NCBI RefSeq assembly: GCF_038025025.1
Contig: NW_027117342.1
Coordinates: 1,054,001-1,118,000, forward strand
Source of the DNA: Phyllosticta citribraziliensis
Taxonomy: Eukaryota
Direction of reading: 5' to 3'
DNA: 64,000 nucleotides
Position 1 is the first letter of the stretch. Every line of letters starts with the position of its first letter. The notes beneath the pieces were generated by a model, which was given only the letters and a program-made list of their open reading frames with translations, had not been told where the DNA came from and searched no databases. A program made the position numbers and the translations under genes. This document shows, one piece after another, positions 37,273 through 50,500 of this stretch.

Positions 37273-38799
37273 TCACGAAGCCAAGTCTTCAGATGACGTA
37301 TTGGTGTTGTTGCTGCCGAGCCTATCATGCGGTTCCAGGACCCTGAAGGACGAAGCGAGTGCATTAGCGAATGATTTCCCCTGCCGTCGATCGAAACTTA
37401 CGAGTACTGCTTGACCAGCGCCCCCTCACCACCCTTCTCCAAATCAATATTGAAGACGAAGAAGCTGCCGTCGTTGGTCACGACCATGACCTGCGGCCCG
37501 TTGTTGCTCATTGCGACGACATTGCTCGGGTGCATGGGCGGGCCCTCGACATGCCGCTTGGGAATCTTGACCCACGCAAAGTCGCGAGCGGGCTCCCAAA
37601 TCTCGGCTACGGCGCTGGGGAGGTACCCGCCCAGCTTCTGCGCAAACCCCATGCTCACGTTTTGCGAGGTCCGCCGGAGCATGCTGGCCAGGCCCGGATT
37701 GTTTTGTTTCCGCTCGGGAGCGCCTGACGTGCTCTCATCCATGCCTTCTGCCAAGTCCTCGCTGCTGGGGCTGAGACTGCGATCACGCGATGCCGCTGAC
37801 GACCGCCGGCCTGATTGTGTGCCATCTTTTGCGCGCGCATCGGTCTGCGGCGACAGCCGGAAAATGTGGACGGTATCTGTTGCCGAAGAAACGCAGAGAA
37901 GGGTTGACGTCGAATTGAAGGCCATGCTGAGAATCTTTGCCGGTATCGAGCCTCTTCGAAACTGAAAGAGCTTCTGTGCGTCTGGCACGGAGAAGACGCG
38001 GATGATTGTGCCCTTTTCCGAGGCGGTCGCGAGCAAAGTGCCCTCGTTGTTGAGGGCTATACAGGACAGCGGCGCCTGGTGTGCCTCTATTACATTGACA
38101 GCCTCCATCTTGGTCGCGTCGAATATCAGCAGCTCCCCTGTCCTTGGTGCCACGTGCGGTCCGGTAGGTGGGGCGTGTGGTGCCGAAAACGTTGGGGCGT
38201 CCTTTTTGGGCAAGGGGTAGACGAGGTGGTTGCGTTCGGAAGAGGGCGATAGCGCAACGATTCCTGGAGTTGTCAGCGGCTGCTCTCGCTGATGGAATGA
38301 ATGTCCGTACCATGCGGGTTGGGTGACGTCTCAATCGTATACAGCATCTTCATGTTGCTAATGTCGTAGAGGTAGATTTGGTCCTCTAACACCACCACCA
38401 GGCGCTTGCGGTTCAGGCGGACTGCGAGAACGCGCGTGGGAAAGGTGAGCTCGCATATTGTCGAGTGCCTCTGCCGTCGGTCAGCAAGCTGACCGGCCAT
38501 CCATGTACGATCATGTCCTTATCTGCCGTACCTTTGTGTTTCGTATGCGAAGGAGTCGCGGCGACTGGATCAAGGCAACGAGGGAGGTGGAAAAGAGCAT
38601 CTCCATGATCGAAACATCTCCCTCCTCGCCTTCAAAGTATTTTGAGAATGGTTCCGTGTCATACAGGCGGATGCCCTTCTTGGTGGCTGCGCGACGGGAA
38701 TTAGCTTTGGCTGCAGAGCGGGGTGTGGGGAGACTCACCGACGCCAAGAGCAGTGTAGTCCTGGTTGAATGTGACGAAATTCATCAAGGAATGCGCCAT
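37273..38799 (-). CDS. ATG18: Autophagy PROPPIN (WD40, PI3P/PI(3,5)P2-binding)
   Basis: Exons 38799-38739, 38686-38532, 38470-38311, 38263-37402, 37342-37273. [54 protein letters not shown], lipid-binding FRRG. Confidence 0.96.
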
Positions 38800-39145
38800 G
38801 GCGAGAGTTGGCACGCCAGAGGCGAGGTGTAGGAGGACGGCGGAGCGGAGTGATTGTCGAGGTTCGGTGAGCCTGGGAGAGATGGGCGAGGGAAGATGGC
38901 GGGAGTTGAAGTGCTATGCCGGATACATGACTGGCAATGGAGGTGAGGTCTGCGGGGAGCTGTGGTGAGTGGCAGGCAAGGCTGGGATGAGAGGCGCCAC
39001 ACTGGCCCAAGCTTCCGCCCGTCAGCCACGCTTGCGCCTCGTTTTTCGTCACGGAACGCCATTTTTCTCCCGCTGACCACTCCACGACACTACAGCCGTT
39101 GGTCTCGCCAGTGGACAGGCTGCGACGGGTCTCCCAACTTCGACC

Positions 39146-42110
39146 ATGGCGCCTTCCACAATTGACACCGCTCGACCGGTGCCTAGATCGACCAAAGAAA
39201 AGCGGGATGTTGATATTATGCAGGTTGGACCCAAGTCGACTACTTTACGACTCCGGCATTGACGAAAGCATAGACCAATGATAGCAGCATCGTCTCCAAA
39301 AGAAGTGTAGTAGAGCTGTACCATCGGGATGAGCCAGACTTCTTTAGACCATTTGTCGGCAAATCCCAGAGGAGAAGTCCATTGATCAATCGCGGCTACT
39401 GGCTTCGAATGAAGGCTGTCGAGCTCACGGTCAAGAAATTCCTCGAAGAGGATCTTGATCGCGAAAAGGTGGTTGTAAATTTGGGTTGTGGATAGTGAGT
39501 AAGATGTCCCAGTCAAGTCCTGAAATTGACCATTCCTGCTACTTCACTGAAAAACTTGTTCATCTATTCGTTCGGTCTCTTCTTCGAGCGTGTCTGTCTA
39601 CCTGTATACAAACTAACCATTGCAGTGATCCATTGCCATTCATCATACTTCACAAATTTCCGGAGCTCGTTGACAAAACGACCTTTGTCGACGTCGACTA
39701 TCCACAACTAATGCAAAAGAAACGCGCTTGCATCGACCAAGCCGACGATTTGAAAAACTCGTTCCCTTTTCTTCGAAACTGGACCTCAAAAGAGCCTGCG
39801 GTCTGGCAAGCAGGACAATACGTTACAGTCGGCTGCGATTTGCGCCAACTTGCGGAACTCGAACGGATCCTGAAATCAGTCGCCAATGCTGAGAACAAGG
39901 CCATCTTGTTTGTCGCTGAAGTCTCCGTTGCCTACATGGACGTCAAGAGCGCCGATGCCGTCGTCTCGTGGGCGAGCTCATTCAACGATGGTGCTTTAAA
40001 CTTGTTCCTGGCTCTCTGACAATTGCTAATAGAACGACAGCACGATTCTGCATCCTGGAACAGTGTCTCCCCGACGGACCGGACCATCCGTTTGCGTCGA
40101 CGATGCTGCGGCACTTTGAAAAGCTGCAGACCCATCTGAAAGTAGTCTACGAATATCCTACCCCTGAGGCCCAAGCCCGCAGATTTGTCAAGGCCGGCTG
40201 GCCTCACGTGGATGCCCGGACGCTTTGGCAGCTTTGGGGCGACGACAGCTTCCTGATGGCAGAGCAACGCATAGCACTTGACGATGTTGAGCCTTTTGAC
40301 GAGTGGGAGGAGTTTGCTCTCTTTGGCAGCCACTACATCCTTCTTGTTGCGCGGACGAGGCCCGAGTCACAACAAAGTGATGGGTCAACCGATACAAAAT
40401 CTTGTGATGCTGCCTCGACATCCGAACCGCTCTCCTGGCAGCTGCATCTCGATCCAGCACCGAACAGCCAACAGGACGCGCCACTCCGCCGTTTCGGTGC
40501 CGCATGTGGCCTAGAATCCAGCATCATCCACCATGGAGGCTATGGCGCGCAATCGCGTCTCGCCAGCGTCGACCTGCTCGAGCCATCTGGCCAGTACCTC
40601 GAAACCACCACTTTCCCGGTCTCTCTGCCATTAATGTGCCACACGATGACGCCGTTGAGCGGCACCTCGGCCCTCTTTGTAGGCGGCCGCACGTCGCCCA
40701 ACAGAGCCCAAGACGCGTGCTATGTCTTCCAAAGCGGACCAGATGGTCTTGAAGTGCAGACGGCGTCCGCTCTTCCGCAATCTCGCTACCGGCATTGCGC
40801 TGTACCGGTATCGATCGGTGCTGACCGCGGCGTCCTCGTCTTTGGTGGCCGCACGTCCAGCACCGACGCACTGTCGTCCTGGCTCTTTTGGAGCAAAGAG
40901 CGCGGGTGGTCGCCGGTTGAGGTCGGAGTGGACGCTGCTTCCGCCCCAAACGCAGCACTGGGCCCGCGCTTCGGCGCATCCATGTATGCTGTCGAAGATG
41001 AGGGCACTCGCGGTGTCGTCGCTGGCGGCATGTCGCCAGATGGTGTCGTGCTGGAGGATGTCTGGTGGTGGGAGCTGTCGTTCGACAAAGATTCAGACAA
41101 GTATAGAATCAGATGTTCGTTGTTGCGCGCAGAAGGGACGAGTAGTCTTTCTCAACATCGCCAACAATCGCCGCTCGCCAGATTCGGCGCCAGCGTGGCA
41201 AGGATAGGAGACCGGGTACTGATCGTAGGAGGCATAACTCGAGACGGCGTGCCACGTTGGGAAGACGAAGTCGTCTTGGTCATTGCGAGCAGGCACTCTC
41301 TCAATGTCGAGCGCGTTCAAATGCCACCGCGGGCCCAACGGCGCCCCCTGTTCATCGGCACGGCAGTCACTTCAACACCAGACGGCAACGCGCTGCTGCT
41401 CGGCGGCGGTGCCGTCTGTTTCTCCATGGGCAGCTACTGGAACACCACATCTACGGTGCTATCTCTATCATACGCCCCCTGCCCTCTTCCGAGTCTGCCG
41501 CCGCCGCCACCGCCGCCCAAAAGCGCCATTCCACGCATCGCCATGGCTGACTCGGCATCATTCTCGGCCCTCGTCCGCTCCTCGCAGCCCGCCATCATCA
41601 CCAACCTCCCGCTCGGCGCGTGCGTGACCAAATGGACGCCGGGCTACCTCCTCGAAGCCATCACCCCTGAGCGACCCGTGATAATCCACTCGTCGCCCAG
41701 CGCACGCATGACATTCGCGACCAAAAACTTCAGCTACGCCAAAGAAACCTTCTCGGGGTTCCTCGCGCGGGCCCTGGCCGGCGAGCCCGTCTACCTGCGC
41801 AGCGTGGCGTCGACGCAGCCGGCCAAGAAGCCGACGCACCTGGCCACCGACTTTGCGGCGCTGGCGCCCGACTTTGCGCTGCCGGCGGCCATCCGCGACG
41901 TGATCGACGATGACGAAGCGGGCGGCGGTGGTCTCCACTCGAGCCCGCTGCGCATCTCGGGCCCCGTGGCGCTGTGGTGCCACTACGACGTGCTGGCCAA
42001 CGTGCTGTGCCAGGTGCGCGGCCGCAAGCGCGTGCGGCTGTACGCGCCGGCCGACGCGAAGCACCTGGGGTACGCGGCGGGGGCCAGCAGCTCCGACGTC
42101 GACGTGTGGT

Positions 42111-42147
<37 letters not shown>

Positions 42148-42547
42148 TGGCGACGAGGAAGGCGAGTGGGCGCGACGGCCCCTGAAGGAGAGGGAGAGGC
42201 TGGCGAGGACCAGGCCGTGGGAGGGCACGCTGGCGCCGGGCGAGATTTTGTTCCTGCCGCCCATGTGGAGCCATGCCGTGAGGCCCGAGACGGCGGAGGC
42301 GGAGGCGGGCTTCAGCGTTGCCGTCAATTGTTTCTGGCGCAATCTCGGAAGCGAGGCGTATGCCGTTGGCCGCGACGTCTACGGCAACCGTGATTTGGCC
42401 GGATACGAGGAGGGCAGGAAGGCGGTGGAGAAGATTGCAAAGGCATTTGAAGGGGTGCCGGCCGACTTGAGAGGGTTCTACGTGGACCGGTTGAGTGAAG
42501 AGCTGCGGGAGAGGGTCGTGGGTGGGGGAGACGGGCAGGGGGGTTGA
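39146..42547 (+). CDS. PPM2: tRNA wybutosine-synthesizing protein 4 / leucine carboxyl methyltransferase 2 with Kelch repeats and C-terminal JmjC (TYW5-like) domain
   Basis: Exons 39146-39223, 39274-39494, 39626-39990, 40041-42547. TNDSSIVSKRSV, RRSPLINRGYWLR, VVNLGCGYDPLPF, FVDVDYP, EPFDEWEEFALFGSHY, Kelch GGR repeats, GGGAVCFSMGSYWN, JmjC WCHYD...MWSHAV, GRDVYGNRDL. Confidence 0.93.
42113..42148 (+). repeat. (GAC)n coding microsatellite giving a 12-Asp run inside the JmjC domain
   Basis: GAC x11 plus GAT, in frame. Confidence 0.9.
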
Positions 42548-44060
42548 TGAGGGGTCGGCAGGCAAGGGGTTAGGGGTGTAGTCAAAAGGCACCGAAATAA
42601 AAAGACGTGAAAGTCTTTGACAAGAATGGACACATTTAGAGTTGACAGGGGTTTGGCAAAGGCAGGCGTGTGTGCCGCAACCTAGATTGTTGAGCGAGCT
42701 TAATACAGCACGGCATTGGAGGGCAATGCCGGCCAAATGTGCGCAATTTTGGAAGGCGTGTGGGCGAGAAGGAAACAGATGCTGCAGGTAGCCGCATGGT
42801 CCGTAGCCGAGAAGAGAGTAACGCGACACAGGTCAAGTCGCGCCAGCCAGCGAGGCAGTGTCAGGAGTACAATGGAGTGTGGACTGCATCAGCACGATCA
42901 ATGCGGCGGGGCGGCAGAGTCGAGATGTAGAGAGAAGGAGAGCGAGAGGGAGAAAAGATTAGCAGCCGCAGCAGTTGGTGGGCGGGCAGTCGGGGGTGAT
43001 GGTGGGAGGCGTCGAGCCAAAAAGCTTCGAAGGAGGCCGGGATAAAGATGAAACTGGGCGAAAGGCGCAGCTTCGGCGGCCGTCGAGATGGGGTTTGCTT
43101 GGCGCAGGGCGAGGGCGAGGGCGAGGGCGAGGGCGGCGGCGGCGGGGGATGGGGATGGGTGCCTGCGCTGGTCGAGCTGCGTGTAGCATGAGGACGCGAG
43201 GGCGTACATGTACATGTAGGGGGAGCATCATGAGAGAGAGAGAGAGAGGCGACGGGGTGGAGGGGACCTGGAGGGTGGAGTGGGCGGACGGAGTGACCGG
43301 GTTGGGGTGCGGGGAAGCGCCGCGGGAGAGGGAGCTGATCCCATCCCCAGCGCACAGACTACATACATACCTACATGTACGGTGGACTGCGGTGGAGGAG
43401 ACGACTAGGAGAGTGTTGGATCATCTCGACTCCAGTTCCGCTTGCTGTCAATCGCCCCGCCCGCGCTGAAACTAGCCGCGCCCTGCATCTTCACACTGGG
43501 CTTTATTGATCGGCGTCGTCGCAATTCGCCAACAGATGGAGATAAGCAGACGTCTGCTCCCGCCTCGATTCCGTACCGTAGCGCCTACACCCTGGTCGCT
43601 CTGATTGGCACCAGCCAGCCCAGCCCAGCCCAGACACCCAGAGCACCTCACCTCAGTCTGTCCATTCGTGCCACACCTCCATCTTCTCTCCCTCTCGCTC
43701 GCTCGCTCGCCTCCAATTCTCCATCCTCCACCACTCTCCGCCCCAGCCCATCATCTTGTCCTACGCGTCACCATTGCCGCCGCCAGAAGACCCCCACCCG
43801 ACCTCTCCACCACTGCTCGAACCACCGCCAACCTCGCCATCACTTGATCAAATACGCCGCTCCTCTGCCTGTTTCGACGCTACATCTGCAACTTTTACCA
43901 CGCCTCTCCTGCGTCCGCTCTGCCTGCACTCGTGTGCCCTACGCTCTGGCTTGCGCCATCGCCCTGCAGCCACCCGCCCGCCTTTTACTGCGACTTGTCG
44001 TCCACCTCTTCTTCGCGACACTTTCCTCTCACCTCGCCCCTCCTCGTCCTTGCTGCAGCA

Positions 44061-46271
44061 ATGGCTGCCGCCGTAGCAAGGGCTCCTTCGCTGCCCGCTC
44101 GCTCCTCGACCCCGCCTCCACACCTCGCCTTGACTTCGAATCCAAAGGGCACGCCGCCTCCTGTTCCAAACAAGCACCTGCCAGTGTGCCACCCGGGTCC
44201 CCAGCCTTCAACCCGCGGCCCAGAGACTCCTCCGGCATCTCCTCCAGTCAAGAACTCTGTCCTCGAGACCACCTCCATCCTCTCCCCGCCAGACAGCTTT
44301 TCCACCCTCACCACCGACCCGCACGTATATTCCATCGATGCACACTCCGTTGCACAGGCGCTGGACCACTTGGCGACCCAGCCGCTGCCGGATCCGAAGC
44401 AAGTCTTTCCCTGGCTACATGGCCTGCATGCCGAGAACCAGATCCAGCTGGCCTTTTTCGTCCAGCGCCAAAACTCGTTGAGAAAGGTGCCTCGCTGCAT
44501 TCGCGCCATCACCATTGTCAAGGCTAGCGAGGACATGGGCCACTCCAAGCTCAAGGGCGCCATCCCCCCAAGCGAGTTGTTGCTCGCTCACGAATCGCCA
44601 GAAGACGCTGCATCGTTCTTGGACACTGACCCCAGGGATGGCTTCTCAGTCCGAAACTTTCAGATCCAGGCCTGCAAAATGGCCACTGTTTCAGACATTG
44701 TCGTCTACCGAGACCACAAGACTTCCAAAGACGAGACCCTGAAGCTAGCGCGGAAAGTATCGGCCGCCCAAAGAATTTGGAGGGCGAGGCACGTGGCGAA
44801 TGGCTGCGAGGTGCAACAATTCAACACATTTGTCGTGTCTGGTAAGTGGCGCTAGGCGTCTGCACGCGTTTGGTTTCTGACACAAATCCGCAGATCCGTT
44901 TGAGGCTTTCGAAGACCATCACCCGGAATTGGTCGCAATCGATTCGCGATCATGCATGACTGGAAATGTCATGGACTTTTGTAAGCTGAGCCATCATTGC
45001 CGTCAAGTGCACTGCTGACCAAGCCCAGTCTTTTGGGAGCGTCTCGAAATGTGCACCATGTCTGAGGCCTCTGAAATAAGCAACAACGTGTTTCTGGGAC
45101 CGACGTCGGACCCTGACTTGGGCCTCTGGAATGGCGCCCAGTTTGACGTTTTGATCGAAGCTAGCGACCAGGCACAACCACCCGACACCATGTCTCTACA
45201 GGCAGCATCCAAAATGCTCGAAAAGGAAAAGGGACCTACCATTACCTTGTCCTTTCCATCTTCCGGTAGCATCATGCCTCCGACTTGGTCTCACACCGAA
45301 GTTGACAGGTTGATGGAAATGGTGCACTGGATGTTCGACACGGCCAATCCTGATGGTGTCCAAGATTCCGACGTGGACTCGGACGGCGACGCTGACATGT
45401 CTGTCAAGCCAGACAGGGCAAGAAAAATCTTGATCCATTGCGCTGATGGATATACGGAAAGCTCTTTGCTGGCTTTGACGTATTTTATGTTTGCTGAAGG
45501 GCTCCCTGTCCACGAGGCCTGGGTCCGTCTTCATCGTGACCGCGGCCGAAACTTTTTTGCATACTCTACCGACGTCTCATTACTGGCGAGCGTGCAACCA
45601 CGCATCCTTCAAGAGTCTCCTCGCTACAAGGGGTCCATCCTAAGCATCCCGGAACCAGATTGGCTGACCCGAATGGACGGCAGCCTTCCAAGCCGAATAC
45701 TGCCTTATATGTACCTTGGCAACTTGAATCACGCCAACAACGCTGAATTGCTCCGCGAACTTGGAATCACCCGCGTCTTGTCTGTGGGAGAGCCTGTCTC
45801 CTGGTCGAACGAGGTTCTCGATGACTGGGGATCAGAAAACTTGCTCTACATTGACCGAGTACAAGATAATGGCGTCGACCCACTCACTGGCGAGTTTGCG
45901 CGCTGTCTTCAATTCATCGAGCAGGGCAAACGCAATGGCACGGCAACACTGGTCCATTGCCGTGTTGGTGTCAGTCGAAGCGCAACGATTTGCATCGCCG
46001 AAGTCATGAGCGAGTTGGGACTTAGTTTCCCGCGAGCATACTGCTTCGTCAGGGCACGGCGGTTGAATGTGATTATCCAGCCGCATCTGAGATTTACGCA
46101 AGTCCTCTCCGTCTCCACACGTCAACAAAAGCTGACCTTTTTAGATACGAGCTCCTCAAATGGGAGGAATATCAGCATCAGCGCCGCGGCGAGCCCGTCC
46201 GACGCGAACTCGAATGGGGCACAATAGCCCGCGAGATTGCCCTCATGAACCGCCCCTATTCGCGTCAGTGA
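44061..46271 (+). CDS. PPS1: Dual-specificity protein phosphatase Pps1
   Basis: Exons 44061-44841, 44894-44980, 45029-46097, 46145-46271 (last intron is GC-AG). VFPWLHGLH, FSVRNFQIQ, degenerate HCADGYTESS, DGSLPSRILPYMYLGNL, catalytic VHCRVGVSRSA, VRARRLNVIIQPHLRFTYELLKWEE. Confidence 0.93.
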
Positions 46272-46559
46272 AGGACGTGTCTGTCCGACCAGTGCCGCCA
46301 GCGTCACGACTTGTGATTCTCAGCCATCGTTGAGATTGTCTGTCGCTTTCAGAGGAGACAGCATGGCCTGTCATTTACCCCTGCATCGTCTCTGCTAACA
46401 GGAGTCCTACATCATCATCATCCTCCTTTGCTACCGTCTTCAATTCCTCTCCGATACCTCTATTTCCGTCTTCTTCGTTGATTCTTCTTGCAAGCCAGCC
46501 TTCGTTTTTTCTTTTGCACACGACCACATACTATTGCTGTGGTACACTTTCCAGCTTGC

Positions 46560-46607
46560 TGCCTGTCTGCCTGCCTGCCTGCCTGCCTGCCCGCCTGCCT
46601 GCCTGCC
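46560..46607 (+). repeat. (TGCC)n tetranucleotide microsatellite
   Basis: Imperfect tandem tgcc run downstream of PPS1. Confidence 0.8.
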
Positions 46608-47540
46608 CATCTTCTGCCTGGCCAGCCCCGTTTATTTTGTCTTTTTGTCTCTTCTATTCACAATTACACACCCTTTTCCAGAGTAAACTGATTTACTACC
46701 GCTGCGGCGCTACGTGATGCGGTGCGGCTTGGCCCGAGGAGCAGAGAGTAAGCAGGCGATCAAGCAAGCAAGCAAGCAAGCCGTCCGTGTCTCAGCGCCC
46801 CGCCGTCCCGAATTTTCTCTTCTTCTTGTCGTTGGTGGTGGTCTCTCATGTCACACTTTTTCTTTCTTCTTCTCCTTGTCTTCGCTCTCTGTTTCTTCTA
46901 CTACGCTACTACTATCACACTTTTATGACGGATGCAATACGATGATGGATGAATCGAGCCTTGCTTACATTCGACGGGTTACTACTTCCTTTATGCTTTT
47001 TCCTCTTGACTCTTTTTACTTACTGCTCTGATCGCTGTGCACCGTGCGTGCTGCTGCTGCTGCTGGAAATGGGCGGGATTTGGTTGAGCGTTGTGGTTTC
47101 TTTTTCTGTGGGATGGATTGGGTATATGGTTGGTTGGTTGGACGGGACGGGGGCGGGACGGTCTCTCTTGTTTCTTCTTCTCTCTCTGTTTGTTTGTCTG
47201 CGTGGTGCGGATGGACTAGGGGATATTACAGGCGTGGCGTCAAAATTGAATCGAGAATGCCATTTACAACCTAACATGAGCACGTTGACCGACATTGCTG
47301 CTGCCGCCGTTGTTACGCTACGGACTCGAAACGACGCCCATTTGAGATGAACAGGAAAGAAACGATCATGGTGGATGGATGGGTATAGACGTTGGTCTGA
47401 TTTCCGATTCCGATGTTGCAAGCGAGATGGATGTATAACTAGAGGCCAACGCGGCAGCGCCACTACCACCCCATTCATCCACATCTGACTTGCTTGCATC
47501 CACGCCGCACACACGCTCTCTCTTCAGCACCACATCCTCC

Positions 47541-50500
47541 TCATCCCCAAGTGCCACCGCCGCCCCTGTTGCGCGGGCCCTGCTGTCCCAAAAGCGTCGT
47601 CTCGCCATTGCGGCCGCCGAGCGGGGCAATCTGCATCTTCTTGCGGCGCTCCGAGAGGCGGTCCTGGGGCGCCACTCTGAAAAAGGTCGGGGCGGCCTCG
47701 ACGAGCCAGCGCGGCTCGATGGACGTGACGGTCTGCATGTACTCGCGGGTCGTCTCGACGACCGAGTTGTAGATGACGTGCTCGGCGTGGCGGCCGTTGA
47801 GCGCCGACGACGGGTGCAGGTGCACGATGTTGCCCTCGACGAGCGTCTTGTAGCCGCCCTCGGCGGCCTCCTTGCGGGCGCTGTTGCGGAAGAAGCCGGA
47901 GCACAGGGCCTTGCGGACGCGCTTGGTGTCGGCGCCGCACGACACGACGCGCGAGCGGTGGCGCTCGAGGATGGTGATGAGCTGGTCGCGCACGTCGCGC
48001 ACGCGCTTCATGCTGCGCGGCTGGATGAAGTGCTCGTAGCACCACGGCACGCTGAAGCTGCTCTTGCGCCACGCGTTGTACACGTTGAGCAGCGTCAGGT
48101 GGTCGCCGTTGGGGTCGTGGAACTTTGCCTTTTGCTTGTCCGCCTGCTGCAGCTTGTCGCGCGGCCGGTGCCACACCTGCTGCACCGCGCTGATCATGGC
48201 CACGATGGTCAGCATCTCGTCCGAGCACTGCTCGTCGACCGAGTTGATGAGCGATTTGGCCAGCGTTGGGTCGATGGGGAAGTCGGCCATTTTCCTGCCC
48301 AGCCGCGTCAGCAACCCTTCGTCGTCCAGGGCCGAGAGGGCGTAGAGCTCCTCTAGCGCCGTCAGCATCGTATTCGTTGGGGGTGGGTCCATGAAGTCAA
48401 AGTGGAGCAGGTCGTTGATGCCCATGGCCTTGAGCATGAGGATGGTGTTGGACAGGTTCTGTCGCTGGATTTCGGGAACCGTCGTTGGAAGCATTTCTGA
48501 CTGGAATGCTGATTCGGTATACAGCCTAAAACATTTACCGGGTCCAGTGCGTCCGGCACGACCAGCACGTTGCTTTGCTTGTGCCTGAGAGATGGGAGTC
48601 ACTTGGAGACGGTCCATGCCGAGCTTGGGGTCATAAGCAGTCTGCTTGACGAAGCCAGGATCCACAACGTAGTAGATGCCATCAATGGTGATGGACGTCT
48701 CGGCAATATTCGTGGCAATGACGACTTTGCGGCCTCCAGAGGGAGCAGGCTCAAAGACTCGACTGGCGACTTCACTTGGCAAGGCTCCGTAGATGGGCAG
48801 AATAATCAGCTCCGGCACCGAGGGACCCAGCTTCTTCATCCTCTCGTGCAGGATTTCGCAACTCGTGTCAATCTCTTCTTTGCCCGTCAAGAACACCAAA
48901 ATGTCTCCAGGAGGCTCCATAATGTGGATCTGCATGACGGTCGTCAAGGCGGTGTCGAGGTAGTCTTCTGCTGGCTCCTGCGAGTACATGATCTCCACAG
49001 GATACGTCCGACCAGGAATTGAAAAGATGGGACATTTGTTGAAGTATTCCGAGAATTTGTCTGCGTCCAGCGTTGCCGAAGTCACGATGAGCTTGAGATC
49101 TGGCCGCTTTTTCAACGTCTTTTTTAGAAGACCAAAGAGGACGTCTGTGGCAATGGTGCGTTCGTGGGCCTCGTCGAGCATAATGACCGAGTACTTGGTG
49201 AGCATCGGGTCCATGAGAATCTCACGCTGCATGATACCATCGGTCATGTACTTGATTTTCGTCTCTGGACTCGTGCAATCCTCGAATCGTATGGTGTATC
49301 CGACTTCTGCTCCCAGCTTGCACCCAACTTCGTCGGCAACACGCTGAGCAACGGACATGGCCGCAACACGACGAGGTTGCGTGCAGCCGATGATGCCATC
49401 GTTTGCAAAGCCTTCTTCCGCAAGGTACTGAGTGAGCTGTGTCGTCTTTCCAGATCCAGTATCACCGACAACAATAAGAAGTTGGTGATTATGGACAGCT
49501 TCGATGAGTTGTTTGCGGAATTTGTAGACCGGCAAGCTCTGTCTTTGCTCCTTGATAGTCATGTCTGTGCGTTTGCCCGTCTGAGTCTTGCCCTGCGTTA
49601 TGCGTTTCCACTCCGGGACTGGCTCGTTGGTCTTGGAAGCCGGGGCGTTGCGCAAGTCGCTTGCGAATTGGCGCTCTTGTGCCATTGGATCATTCCATTG
49701 GCTGCTGAGGTTGACCTTGCTCGCTTCCTGAGCCTTGACTTCCTTTTCCTCATCTTGCTTGAGCTCTTTGCGCTTTTGAGCCACAGTGTCGGCGTTCATG
49801 GCTGCCCTGTTCAGGGATCCATCCGGAGCCTTGACGACACGAATGGGCGACAACTCGAGTGACTGCTTAGTCTGACCAGCCAAGAAAGGAGGCTCTTCCT
49901 CCCGGACCTCGATGTCCACATCTTCTTCCTCGTCCAGGAAACCATTTTCGTTGATGTTGCCCTGTTCGTACTGGTCTACGAAATCGGGATATTCAGCTCC
50001 AATATCAACACCTGCCATCTTCATTTGTTTCAGAACAAACTTGTCCTCGTCACTCATTGGCATCCTCACGGAGTTGGCGGGCGGTGCGATGCGGTCCGGG
50101 GCAGGGACATCAAATCCCACATCCCCGCTGTTGTCATCACGTCCAAGACCCTGGGAGTTCGCACCAGACGCAAATCTTTTCTCAGGTTTGAGGTCGTCGC
50201 CAGAAATCTGATCCACCTCCTTCATCGACAAGCTAATCCGGTGCCCCTCCATTTTCAGCACCTTTACCTTGACCTCTTGACCGCGGGAGACGAGATCGGT
50301 GGGGTGGTTTACGCGATCCTCAGACATCTGGGAAACGTGGACTAAACCGTCGACTTTGCCCTTAACACCATGAATTTTGACGAAGGCGCCAAAATCCTTG
50401 ATGCCTGTGACGTGCCCAGCGTAAACCTTGTTGAGAATCGGAGCATCGTCCTCGAGCTCGGGAGTTGGTGGTCTCCGAAAACCATCATCGTCATGACGAT

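Noticed and set aside
41558..42829. Long antisense or alternate-frame ORFs (also 24285-25193, 35095-36003, 47490-48356, 57210-57995)
   Set aside because: Shadows of GC3-rich real genes, which suppress stops in other frames.
43442..44527. 361-aa ORF overlapping the PPS1 5' region
   Set aside because: Low-complexity translation of a C-rich leader in a different frame from PPS1, non-ATG start, no domain.
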